NCBI GenBank assembly: GCA_036339735.1 | Contig: JAYZAL010000077.1 | Location: 1-64,000, forward strand | Direction of reading: 5' to 3' | Source of the DNA: Candidatus Poribacteria bacterium | Lineage (GTDB): Bacteria > Poribacteria > WGA-4E > UBA9662 | Length of the DNA stretch: 64,000 nucleotides | In this document: positions 1 to 9,449 of the stretch, piece after piece | How positions within the stretch are numbered: position 1 is the first letter of the stretch | Layout of the letters: every line of letters begins with the position of its first letter | Translations under genes and position numbers: made by a program | The notes under the pieces: generated by a model | Told to the model about the DNA's origin: nothing | What the model saw: only the letters and a program-made list of their open reading frames with translations | Databases searched by the model: none

Positions 1-1083
1 GCTCTAGCGTCTTCCTTTTTTAATATTTCTACCATTATCATTTCACTAACTGGTTTTTTTTTGTTTCCTTCGATGGGTTGGCATCCCTCTACAGGTTTAG
101 GTATAGGTGTTTTAATTGGTGGTGGATTCCAGCTAGGTATACAAATTCCTACCATGTGGAAAACTGGTTGGCGATTTCGTCCTGTTTTTGACTTCACTGA
201 CCACCGGTTTAAACAGATAATTGCTCTAGTGGTTCCATCTATACTTGGTGCAGCTACTGTGCAAATCAACGTCTTGGTCAATGGTTATTTCGCATCGGTA
301 GGTGAGAATTGGCTGAGTTGGATTAAGTGGGCTTTTCGCCTTCTCCACCTACCGATTGGAATTTTCGGAGTTGCGATTTCAACCGTTGCATTGCCCAATT
401 TTGCTCGCTGGTTAACTGAAAATAAAACAGACAAATTTCGTCAATCCTACAGACAATCACTAGAATTAGTATTACTACTGTCAATCCCGGCATCAGTTGG
501 ACTAATGGTAATGTCAAAACCCATCTGTAAATTAATCTATGGCGTCGGTAAAAATACTAGCCATACAGAACCAATTGCCGCCGCATTATTCTATTATGCC
601 ATCGGTTTATCTGCTTACTCAGCTTTGAAAATTACCATTGATGGATTTTACGCCCTCAACGATACCAAGACACCTGTCAAAGTTAGTTTGTTCACTGTTG
701 CCACTAACATCGTGCTCAATTATATTTTCATATTTCGACTGGGGTTGGATCACCGAGCTTTGGCTTTATCAACCTCCTGTACCATAACGCTTAACTTTTT
801 GTTATTACTTTGGCTATTGAGCAAACGGGTCGGCGGCCTGCATATATTGAAACCATTACTAGTTTTGATATTGAAGTTAGGAATAGCATCATCCGTTATG
901 GGATTCATGTGTTTTTATAGTCATGGCTGGTTTGAGTCAAGTCTTGGTAGTGATCGTTTATTGAATCGCTTATTTGGGGTTTTTGCTCCTATTCTGTTCA
1001 GCATCTTGATACTAGTTATTATTTGCAGGATTTTAAAAGTTTCCGTTCTCGACGATTTGTGGGAAGGATTGCTTAAGCGATGA
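1..1083 (+). CDS. murJ: Lipid II flippase MurJ (MviN), 5'-truncated by the window edge
   Basis: Frame is open from base 1 (ALASSFFNI...). Multi-TM protein with MurJ motifs 'RLLHLPIGIFGVAISTVALP' and 'FYALNDTKTPV'. Confidence 0.93.
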   Translation, partial: ALASSFFNISTIIISLTGFFLFPSMGWHPSTGLGIGVLIGGGFQLGIQIPTMWKTGWRFRPVFDFTDHRFKQIIALVVPSILGAATVQINVLVNGYFASVGENWLSWIKWAFRLLHLPIGIFGVAISTVALPNFARWLTENKTDKFRQSYRQSLELVLLLSIPASVGLMVMSKPICKLIYGVGKNTSHTEPIAAALFYYAIGLSAYSALKITIDGFYALNDTKTPVKVSLFTVATNIVLNYIFIFRLGLDHRALALSTSCTITLNFLLLLWLLSKRVGGLHILKPLLVLILKLGIASSVMGFMCFYSHGWFESSLGSDRLLNRLFGVFAPILFSILILVIICRILKVSVLDDLWEGLLKR

Positions 1084-2702
1084 GAACTAATTGGAAGCCC
1101 ACACTAATGGTTGTTCTGAGTAGCATATTAGCTACGGTCAGCAATGCAGGTTTTGGTTTTTGGTTATTTGCTTGGGTAGCTTGGGTGCCTTTATTTTTAG
1201 TCTTGAACAGAGTTTCCAACTGGAAACGATCTTTTTGGTATGGCTATATGTTTGGTTTCATTCAGTATGCTGCTACCTTTTTTTGGGTTGCTTTACTAGC
1301 CCCATTTGCCGAAACAGGTAATATGCTGACTAATTGGCTGATTACCTGTAGTGGGTTTGTTGCAATGTGCCTCTACTTAGCATTATACCCGGCCTTCCTC
1401 TGTGCATTCATCTTTCCAATCTGGCATAAGCAGACAGTTCGAGAGCCTAATTTCCTATTTGTTACTTCTCTAATATTTAAGCCCGCCATTATATGGACAG
1501 GCTTAGAGTGGATGTCAGAATGGATGTTATCCGGCTTTCCTTGGACTAGTATTGGTTATACCCAGTGGCCAAATTTACCTGTAATTCAAATAGCCTCGGT
1601 TTTTGGTGTTCATGGCGTGAGTTTTATATTGTTATTGTTTAATAGTTTGATGGCTGTTTTAATCATGTCGAAATGGAAGCAACACGTAGCTGCCGTGGTT
1701 TTACCTAGCACAATCATTGTTTCCAGCTTCGTTTTCGGGTGGGTTGAGTTGAAGCGGTCAATTGAGATCACTGACCAAGTTCGTATTGCCATAATTCCGG
1801 GAAACATCCGACAGAATGAAAAGTGGAAACCAAAAAATTTCAGCTCAATCTTTGATCATTACTTAGAACTCATTGAACAAGCCAATACAAAAAATGATGT
1901 TAAGGATTCAGATCTCGATTTTGTAGCTTTACCTGAGACAGCTTTTCCTCGTCCTATTTTTACTCGACTTCCAAACACATACAGCCATCAACTACAGAAA
2001 TTACAGAAAAAAAGAGAAGTAAATTTGTTGGCGGGCGCCCCCCACTACACCTACGAAAAAAAAGCTAAGAATGGAAAGATAACCAGGAAGGCTTATAACA
2101 ATGTTTTTTTCCTGTCTTGGGATGGACAGCAACTGGGTTCTTATGCAAAAACCCATCTAGTTCCATTTGGAGAATATGTTCCACTTATGGGTCTACTACC
2201 TGATTTAATTCAATTACCCACCGGTTTTACTCCTGGAAGCGAATATAGTACGTTTCCTGTACCTAATCATCCCAATTTAAGGATGGGTGTTGCTATCTGC
2301 TTTGAATCCTCTTTTCCCAATTTGGTTCGACAGTTTACTTTAAAGGGGGCAGACCTGATCGGTATATTGACCAATGATGCTTGGTTTGAAAATACACCGG
2401 CACCGAAACAGCATTTTTCTATGGCTCCTTTTCGTGCCATAGAAAACCGTGTGCCTGTTTTTCGTTGCGCTAATGGTGGCTACTCATGTATAATCGATAG
2501 GTTTGGTCGCTTGGTGACACCAACTATTCAACCTGACAATCCAGAAGGTTTGCTGGTGTATGAGATGCCTGTAGCTGCTGACGTAGAACTGACACTTAGC
2601 ACGCGCTGGGGAAACTGGTTTCCGATCTTTTGTTTCCTATTGGGTTTATTTCAGTTAGTTCTTCAGAGCCGGTTTGGGTCAAACCATGTGGGTAGAGCAT
2701 GA
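1080..2702 (+). CDS. lnt: Apolipoprotein N-acyltransferase
   Basis: N-terminal TMs, 'GFPW', nitrilase triad motifs 'LPETA', 'KTHLVPFGEY', 'ICFES', 'TNDAWF'; ATGA overlap with murJ. Confidence 0.96.
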   Translation: MRTNWKPTLMVVLSSILATVSNAGFGFWLFAWVAWVPLFLVLNRVSNWKRSFWYGYMFGFIQYAATFFWVALLAPFAETGNMLTNWLITCSGFVAMCLYLALYPAFLCAFIFPIWHKQTVREPNFLFVTSLIFKPAIIWTGLEWMSEWMLSGFPWTSIGYTQWPNLPVIQIASVFGVHGVSFILLLFNSLMAVLIMSKWKQHVAAVVLPSTIIVSSFVFGWVELKRSIEITDQVRIAIIPGNIRQNEKWKPKNFSSIFDHYLELIEQANTKNDVKDSDLDFVALPETAFPRPIFTRLPNTYSHQLQKLQKKREVNLLAGAPHYTYEKKAKNGKITRKAYNNVFFLSWDGQQLGSYAKTHLVPFGEYVPLMGLLPDLIQLPTGFTPGSEYSTFPVPNHPNLRMGVAICFESSFPNLVRQFTLKGADLIGILTNDAWFENTPAPKQHFSMAPFRAIENRVPVFRCANGGYSCIIDRFGRLVTPTIQPDNPEGLLVYEMPVAADVELTLSTRWGNWFPIFCFLLGLFQLVLQSRFGSNHVGRA

Positions 2703-3661
2703 AGGTACTGATCGCTGAACTTGTCAACCAATGGTCGGATTCGTCAATTGGTCTGCTGGTAAACGAGCAGTTTGCCTTAGCTGAAGCTGATGTTGATAGT
2801 GTAACAGGGGTAAGGCAGACTATAAATTGGCTATCGACTAGAACTGATATCGACTTACCCACGGTTGTCATAGTCAATTTTACTGATGTAAATGATGGGT
2901 TGGTGATTTGTCAATCGGTTCGACAACGGCTTGTACCACACGTGTTTCTCCTGTTTTTGTGTCGAACGACTATAGGCAGTAATTGGAAATCACAATTACT
3001 AATAGCGGGTGCGGACGTCTGCCTTAACCTAGATGAACTTGGCCAACTAGCGGCCCATTTAGAAGCTCTAAAGCGTATAGCGGATTCCCAAAGCCGGCTG
3101 TTAGCAGACAGAAAGCTGCTGCAATTTCAGTCTGCACATGATCCATTGCTAGGTAACCTGCTTAATTATAGCGCTATTTTGGCCCGGCTTGAGCTGCAGG
3201 TCAAGTCAGCTGACCAGAAACCAGTTAGCTTAATGATGGCAGATATTGACAATTTCAGTCAGGTCAATAATCTTTATGGTCATTTGGCTGGTAACACCGT
3301 TTTAAAGCAGGTAGCTGAGCGGATACGATCTTCAGTTCGTGCTAACGATGCGGTTGGGCGTTTTGGTGGCGAAGAGTTTTTGGTAGTTCTATCCAATTGT
3401 CCCGCAAAAGAAACCACTAAACTGGCTGAACGGATTCGATGTAACGTCAGTAGGGAACCAGTTGACTTAGATTCGGCTGTGATATCAGTAAATGTCAGTA
3501 TTGGTGTAACCACTATTTTGGAAAAAATGTCCGCAGAAAATGGTATTAAGCAAGCGGATTTGGCCCTTTATCAAGCAAAGCGTTTCGGGAAAAATCAAGT
3601 TCGCGTATATGATGGGAAGGAATCATCGAATTCTGGCTATACAGGAAGCAACGAAGGCTAG
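2699..3661 (+). CDS. Diguanylate cyclase with degenerate receiver-like N-terminus
   Basis: 'DIDNF', 'GHLAG', I-site RxxD ('RAND'), 'RFGGEEF', 'ADLALYQAKRFGKN'. The N-terminus has 'AGAD' but lacks clear phospho-acceptor motifs. Confidence 0.88.
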   Translation: MKVLIAELVNQWSDSSIGLLVNEQFALAEADVDSVTGVRQTINWLSTRTDIDLPTVVIVNFTDVNDGLVICQSVRQRLVPHVFLLFLCRTTIGSNWKSQLLIAGADVCLNLDELGQLAAHLEALKRIADSQSRLLADRKLLQFQSAHDPLLGNLLNYSAILARLELQVKSADQKPVSLMMADIDNFSQVNNLYGHLAGNTVLKQVAERIRSSVRANDAVGRFGGEEFLVVLSNCPAKETTKLAERIRCNVSREPVDLDSAVISVNVSIGVTTILEKMSAENGIKQADLALYQAKRFGKNQVRVYDGKESSNSGYTGSNEG

Positions 3662-3710
3662 AAATTCGAAAATACTAGAAAGTTAGAATGAGAACAGCAT
3701 GAGGGAAAGT

Positions 3711-4827
3711 ATGTTGGCTGATTTAGAGATTGATATTGAGTCTACAATGGTTCGATTGTCCGATTTACGGGGGTATCTTTGACTTAGAACATAAGCAAAG
3801 GACCTTGCTGGAGTTGGAAGATCTAGCGGCAGAACCTGATTTTTGGAGTAAGACCCAACAAGCACAAAAAGCATCTCAACGGATTTCGTCTCTTAGAGCC
3901 GAAATCCAATATTATCAAGATGTAGAAAGCGAATTGGAAGATTTGAAAGTACTATTAGAGTTAGCAATTGAGGAGAACGACGCTAACTTGAGCCAAGAGA
4001 TCGTAGATGGCCTTGACCAGCTAGCCGAAAAATTAGACAAAATGGAGCTGTCGGTACTTCTGGATGGTAAGCATGATAGTAGTAATGCAATCATCAATAT
4101 TCGTCCTGGTGCTGGTGGAACTGAGTCTCAAGATTGGGCTGCTATGCTGATGAGAATGTACTTGAGATGGTGTGAAGAAAAAAACTATGACACAGAGATG
4201 ATTGAGCTTTCGCCCGGTGATGAAGCTGGTATCAAGAGCACAACCATTCTAGTTAATGGTGATTTAGCATACGGTTACCTAAAAGCAGAAGCTGGAATTC
4301 ACCGATTGGTTCGGATTTCTCCTTTTGATTTTAATAAACGTCGCCATACTTCTTTTGCTTCATTGTCTATCACGCCGGAAATTGATGACAATATCGAAAT
4401 TGAACTCAATCCGTCCGAATTGCGAATAGACTTTTATCGTGCCAGTGGAGCTGGTGGGCAGCACGTTAATACTACAGATTCTGCCGTTCGTATCACTCAT
4501 ATACCTACTGGTATTGTGGCTCAGTGCCAAAACGAACGTTCCCAGCATAAAAATCGAGAATTAGCTATGAAGGTGTTGCGTTCTCGTCTTTACGAGTACT
4601 ATCAGTCAATTCAAAAAGAGGAAATTGACAAGCTCAAAGGAGAACAGGCAGAAATTAGTTTTGGCAGTCAAATCCGATCCTATGTTTTACACCCATATCG
4701 ATTGGTTAAAGATACACGAACCAATATTGAAACAGGTAATGTTGATGCTGTTCTAAATGGCAATTTGGACCAATTTATTCAGGCTTATTTAAAGTTTTCT
4801 GCTAGTCGTCAGCCGAAGGGTAATTAG
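3711..4827 (+). CDS. prfB: Peptide chain release factor 2 with programmed +1 frameshift
   Basis: ATG 3711 (SD-like GAGGGA 3701-3706) reads MLADLEIDIESTMVRLSDLRGYL to CTT-TGA (3777-3782). The +1 frame continues DLEHKQ... with SPF and GGQ motifs. The 3730 start in the ORF track is an artefact. Confidence 0.97.
3769..3783 (+). other. prfB +1 ribosomal frameshift signal
   Basis: GGGGG-TAT-CTT-TGA-C: internal SD-like tract plus the canonical CTTTGAC slippery site. Confidence 0.95.
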
Positions 4828-4861
4828 TCAGCTCACCAAATAACAACATAAGGAAAAAACA

Positions 4862-6334
4862 GTGGAATCAACCAATGAACTAATGCAACAAAGAATTGAT
4901 AAGGTTCAAGATCTTAGAGATCATGGCATTGAACCCTATCCTTATCGGTATGATCCTGACACGACTGCAGAACAGGTCTTGGCTACTCATTCTGAAGCTA
5001 CTAATGAGCCAAATTTGGATAAAAAAGTTCGGGTGGCCGGCCGAATTATAACGAAAAGAGATCATGGGAATTCTGGATTTGCTCACTTGCAAGATCACAC
5101 AGGACGAATTCAGATTTATGTCAGTAAAAAGGTTATTGGCGCAGAAGAACTGTCCGTCTACAAAAAGTTTGATGTCGGTGATATTATCGGCGTAGAAGGA
5201 CCTGTTTTCCGAACTCGAACTGGTGAAACGACCATTCAGGTAGATGAGTTTAAATTACTATCTAAATCTATTCGTCCTTTGCCCGAAAAATTTCATGGGC
5301 TACAAAATATCGAAACACGTTACAGGCAACGTTATGCGGACTTGATAACAAATCCAGATGTAACAAAAGTATTTATTAATCGAACAAAAATTGTACAGTC
5401 AATTCGTTTGTATCTCGACCGGTTAGATTTTTTGGAGGTTGAAACACCAATTCTACAACCTATATACGGTGGAGCCAATGCTCGTCCTTTTATTACCCAT
5501 CACAACACTCTGGGAATGGATCTATATCTGAGAATTGCCAATGAACTGTACTTGAAACGGCTGATTGTCGGAGGGTTGAATCGTGTTTACGAATTTGCGA
5601 AAGATTTTCGAAACGAAGGAATGGATCGGGACCACAATCCAGAGTTCACAATGATCGAACTTTACCAGGCCTTCGCAGATTATGAAGATATGATGCAATT
5701 GACCGAAAATTTAGTGTCTCATGTTGCCAAGAATGTGTTCGGTCAAGAAGAACTTCCTTACCAAGAAACCATGATTGATTATAAACCTCCTTGGCGACGG
5801 ATGACCATGGTTGAATCGATTAAGGAGATTGCGGGTTGCGATGTAACTGACCAAAGCGATGAAGAATTGGCAACCCTACTGAAGTCAGCTGGAGAAGAAG
5901 TGATCGGTACAGAAAAACGGGGGGAACTAATTGCTGAAGTTTTTGCCACTTTAGTTGAACCCAAACTGATTCAGCCGACTTTCATCTACGATTATCCTGT
6001 CGAAGTTTCACCATTAGCAAAAAAGAAGAGAGATGATCCAGATTTTGTTGAACGGTTCGAGTTTTTCATTTTCGGTATGGAGATTGGTAATGCATTTAGT
6101 GAGCTAAATGATCCGATTGATCAGCGCCAGCGGTTTGTGGAACAAGCCAAGAAAAGAGCTGATGGAGATGAAGAAGCTTTTTTGATGGACGAAGATTATT
6201 TACGCGCGCTAGAATATGGGATGCCCCCAACGGGGGGGCTAGGTATTGGTATTGATCGCCTAACTATGTTACTTACCGATCAAGTCTCGATTCGAGATGT
6301 GATCCTTTTCCCACAAATGAAGCCTGAACTTTAG
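4862..6334 (+). CDS. lysS: Lysine--tRNA ligase (class II)
   Basis: OB-fold, 'RYRQRY', 'FLEVETP', 'FRNEG', 'HNPEFT', 'YGMPPTGGLGIGIDRL'; conserved prfB-lysS order. Confidence 0.98.
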   Translation: MESTNELMQQRIDKVQDLRDHGIEPYPYRYDPDTTAEQVLATHSEATNEPNLDKKVRVAGRIITKRDHGNSGFAHLQDHTGRIQIYVSKKVIGAEELSVYKKFDVGDIIGVEGPVFRTRTGETTIQVDEFKLLSKSIRPLPEKFHGLQNIETRYRQRYADLITNPDVTKVFINRTKIVQSIRLYLDRLDFLEVETPILQPIYGGANARPFITHHNTLGMDLYLRIANELYLKRLIVGGLNRVYEFAKDFRNEGMDRDHNPEFTMIELYQAFADYEDMMQLTENLVSHVAKNVFGQEELPYQETMIDYKPPWRRMTMVESIKEIAGCDVTDQSDEELATLLKSAGEEVIGTEKRGELIAEVFATLVEPKLIQPTFIYDYPVEVSPLAKKKRDDPDFVERFEFFIFGMEIGNAFSELNDPIDQRQRFVEQAKKRADGDEEAFLMDEDYLRALEYGMPPTGGLGIGIDRLTMLLTDQVSIRDVILFPQMKPEL

Positions 6335-6372
6335 ATGAATAAAGTCGATGCCATTCCATCAAGTCTACAACA

Positions 6373-7842
6373 ATGCGGTTTGAACAATTTGTCGCTGGTC
6401 GCTACTTAAAGTCCAAACGCAAGCAGTCCTTTATTTCTATCATTAGCTTAATATCCGTCGCTGGCGTGGCGCTAGGTATTGCGACGGTAATTTTGGTTGT
6501 TTCTGTACTTAATGGGTTTGAACACGAACTAAAAGCCAAACTACTTGCTAATGAAGCACACGTTTTTGTTCGTTCCATCAACGGGTTTTTTGCTGACTAT
6601 AATCAAATTATCAGTAAGATAAAGCAAGTTGATGGGGTTGTTTCAGCCTCACCAGTTATTTACAGTCAATTAGCACTTCAACCCAAAGGGACGAAGAAAA
6701 TTCTAGGTACCATCTATGTTAAAGGTATTGATATAAAACAGGAAGAAGCCGTAACCAATTTTTCGCAATATGTGGACGGTTCCGCCAATTTAGATGATCC
6801 TGAGGTTATCGCAGAAGCACAAAACAAACTTTCAAAAAATGAAACTTTGAAAGGAGGAATTATTTTGGGGATTAACGTTGCTAGCCAGAAAGGTGTATTT
6901 GTTGGCGATGTTGTTCGCCTAATTTCTAAAATGGAGCCTAACCCTGCTAACCCTAGTACTTTTTTTGCAGATGTAAGTAACTATGTGGTTGTCGGCCTTT
7001 ATCGATCTGGCCTGCATACTTACGATAATGCTTTTGGATTTGTTTCTTTAACATCCGCTCAAGACTTGTATAATCGGGCAGGACAAGCCAATTTAATTCA
7101 AGTTCGAGCAACCGAACCGGAGATAGCTGAGTCAGTAGCAAAACGAATTCAGGATCAGATTAAGTTCCCGGGTGGAGGCTTAAAAAGCGTGCCACTCACA
7201 GATACCTGGATGAAACAATATACCCCGCTATTTGATGCAATGAAACTAGAAAAAATAGTGACAATGATTGTACAGGCTCTAATTATTTTAGTGGCTGCCT
7301 TCAATATTGCTAGTACTCTGATTATGATGGTGATGGAAAAAACACGTGATATTGGTGTGCTAAGGGCCTTAGGGGCATCGAAATTGCAAATAACAAAAAT
7401 CTTCATGCTTCAGGGCATTTTAATCGGTATTCTTGGCTCTATTTTTGGCACATTACTTGGTCTGAGCCTCTGTGGCTTACTCAATCTAGATAATGTTCGT
7501 CCCTCTTATTGGTATTCTCTAGTGATTCTTTTACCAGTTGCATTGCAAGTTTGGCTAGTTTTCTTTCAGCCGGCCAAACCGAATGGTAGACGTCATTCAG
7601 TTCTCGAATGGAGCCTCCGTATGTTATGGTTTGTGATACTGGCTTTTGTTATTTACTGTGTAGTTCGACCAATTAGCATTGATAGTAGTGTATACCAGCT
7701 CAGCCGATTAGCAGTTAAAATCGACTGGCCCTTTGTGGTAGTTATTAACATTTCATCATTCATTATCTGCTTTGCAGCAACCTTATATCCGGCTTGGCAG
7801 TCATCCAACCTCACACCAGTCGAAGCTCTGAGGTATGAGTAG
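6373..7842 (+). CDS. lolE: Lipoprotein-releasing ABC transporter permease LolC/E
   Basis: 'RYLKSKRKQSFISIIS', 'AAFNIASTLIMMVMEKTRDIGVLRALGA', 'ATLYPA...PVEALRYE'; upstream of lolD. Confidence 0.92.
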   Translation: MRFEQFVAGRYLKSKRKQSFISIISLISVAGVALGIATVILVVSVLNGFEHELKAKLLANEAHVFVRSINGFFADYNQIISKIKQVDGVVSASPVIYSQLALQPKGTKKILGTIYVKGIDIKQEEAVTNFSQYVDGSANLDDPEVIAEAQNKLSKNETLKGGIILGINVASQKGVFVGDVVRLISKMEPNPANPSTFFADVSNYVVVGLYRSGLHTYDNAFGFVSLTSAQDLYNRAGQANLIQVRATEPEIAESVAKRIQDQIKFPGGGLKSVPLTDTWMKQYTPLFDAMKLEKIVTMIVQALIILVAAFNIASTLIMMVMEKTRDIGVLRALGASKLQITKIFMLQGILIGILGSIFGTLLGLSLCGLLNLDNVRPSYWYSLVILLPVALQVWLVFFQPAKPNGRRHSVLEWSLRMLWFVILAFVIYCVVRPISIDSSVYQLSRLAVKIDWPFVVVINISSFIICFAATLYPAWQSSNLTPVEALRYE

Positions 7843-8540
7843 TGGCGAATACGATCCGAATCCTTGATCTGCACCGTACTTATGTTGAAGCGGACAACGA
7901 GATTCATGTTTTGCGAGGCATCAATTTAGAAATCATAAAGGGCGAAATTTTGGCTATAGTCGGTACGTCTGGGGTTGGAAAAAGTACTTTATTGCACCTA
8001 ATCGGTGGACTGGATAGGCCAACTGCTGGCACGATCTTTTATGGGGAGCAAAATATCTTCGAATTCAGTGAAGGCGAATTGGATCATTTTCGTAACCGAG
8101 AGATTGGCTTTGTATTCCAGTTCCATCATCTTTTGTCTGATTTCACCGCGTACGAAAATGTAGCGTTAGCTGCGATGATTCCAAATAGTGAAAACGATGA
8201 TAACATTCTAGAGCGAGCCGATGAGTTGCTAAATTATGTTGGTTTGGCTGATCGTCGTAATCATTATCCAACGCAACTTTCTGGAGGTGAGCGTCAACGC
8301 GTGGCTATTGCTAGATCGTTAATTAATCGACCACGCGTAGTTTTAGCTGACGAACCAACGGGCAACTTAGATCGAAAAACAGGCCGAGGCGTACTGGATT
8401 TATTGTGGGACCTAAGTAGTCAGTTTTCGGAAACGACTCTAATTGTGATTACACACGACCATACCTTAGCTCAACGAGCTGATCGTCGTGTTCACTTGAT
8501 AGATGGTAAAATATCAGCTGACACAGAAGTTTTGGCTTAA
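7842..8540 (+). CDS. lolD: Lipoprotein-releasing ABC transporter ATPase LolD
   Basis: Walker A GTSGVGKS, 'GFVFQFHHLL', LSGGE signature, 'LADEPTGNLD'. Confidence 0.93.
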   Translation: MANTIRILDLHRTYVEADNEIHVLRGINLEIIKGEILAIVGTSGVGKSTLLHLIGGLDRPTAGTIFYGEQNIFEFSEGELDHFRNREIGFVFQFHHLLSDFTAYENVALAAMIPNSENDDNILERADELLNYVGLADRRNHYPTQLSGGERQRVAIARSLINRPRVVLADEPTGNLDRKTGRGVLDLLWDLSSQFSETTLIVITHDHTLAQRADRRVHLIDGKISADTEVLA

Positions 8541-8570
8541 AGATTTCAGATTAAACAACTAGGACTCTCT

Positions 8571-9449
8571 ATGAAAATTTACATTGATGGTCAGTATTAT
8601 TCCCAAGAAACAGCGAAGATATCAGTTTTCGATCATGGGTTGCTTTACGGTGATGGTGTATTCGAAGGCATACGTTCCTATAATGGTCGAGTTTTTAAAC
8701 TGAGTGAGCATCTTGAGCGATTGTATGAGTCAGCTAGTGCTATTTTGCTGCAGATACCTATGTCAATTGAAGAAATGGAGCAAGCTGTTCTGGAAACGCT
8801 TCGGACAAATCATCTTCAGGATGCTTATATTCGGCTGGTCGTAACACGTGGTGTCGGAGATTTGGGCCTCGACCCAGATAAATGTAAGCAGCCGAGTGTA
8901 ATAATTATTGCAGATGCTATTACACTCTATCCAGATGAGTTTTACGAAAAAGGCCTAGATATCATCACTGTTCCGAGCCGTCAAAATTTGTCTGAGGCCA
9001 ATAATCCACGGATCAAGTCCTTAAATTATTTAAATAATATTTTGGCAAAAATAGAAGGTAAGCAAGCTGGTGTGGTCGAAGTACTAATGTTGAATGCCGA
9101 CGGTTATGTTGCAGAGTGTTCTGGTGATAATATATTTTACATCAAAAAAGATCAACTGGTTACACCACCAACTCACGTTGGTATCCTAGAAGGTATAACT
9201 CGTAATGCAGTTATTGAGCTTGCTAGAGCCAGAGGTATCAATGTCGTCGAGAAGGTGTTTACTCGCCATGACCTCTACATTTCTGAAGAATGTTTTTTAA
9301 CTGGTACTGCTGCAGAAGTAATTCCGGTGGTCAAAATTGACAATCGACAAATTGGTCAGGGGGTACCAGGCAAAATAACTCGATCCTTAATTCAAGATTT
9401 TCAACACTTGACACAAACGACGGGTACACCCATTAATGACGAAAACTAA
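8571..9449 (+). CDS. ilvE: Branched-chain amino acid aminotransferase (fold IV PLP)
   Basis: 'DHGLLYGDGVFEGIR', 'IKSLNYLNN', 'LEGITR', 'FLTGTAAEV'. Confidence 0.95.
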   Translation: MKIYIDGQYYSQETAKISVFDHGLLYGDGVFEGIRSYNGRVFKLSEHLERLYESASAILLQIPMSIEEMEQAVLETLRTNHLQDAYIRLVVTRGVGDLGLDPDKCKQPSVIIIADAITLYPDEFYEKGLDIITVPSRQNLSEANNPRIKSLNYLNNILAKIEGKQAGVVEVLMLNADGYVAECSGDNIFYIKKDQLVTPPTHVGILEGITRNAVIELARARGINVVEKVFTRHDLYISEECFLTGTAAEVIPVVKIDNRQIGQGVPGKITRSLIQDFQHLTQTTGTPINDEN

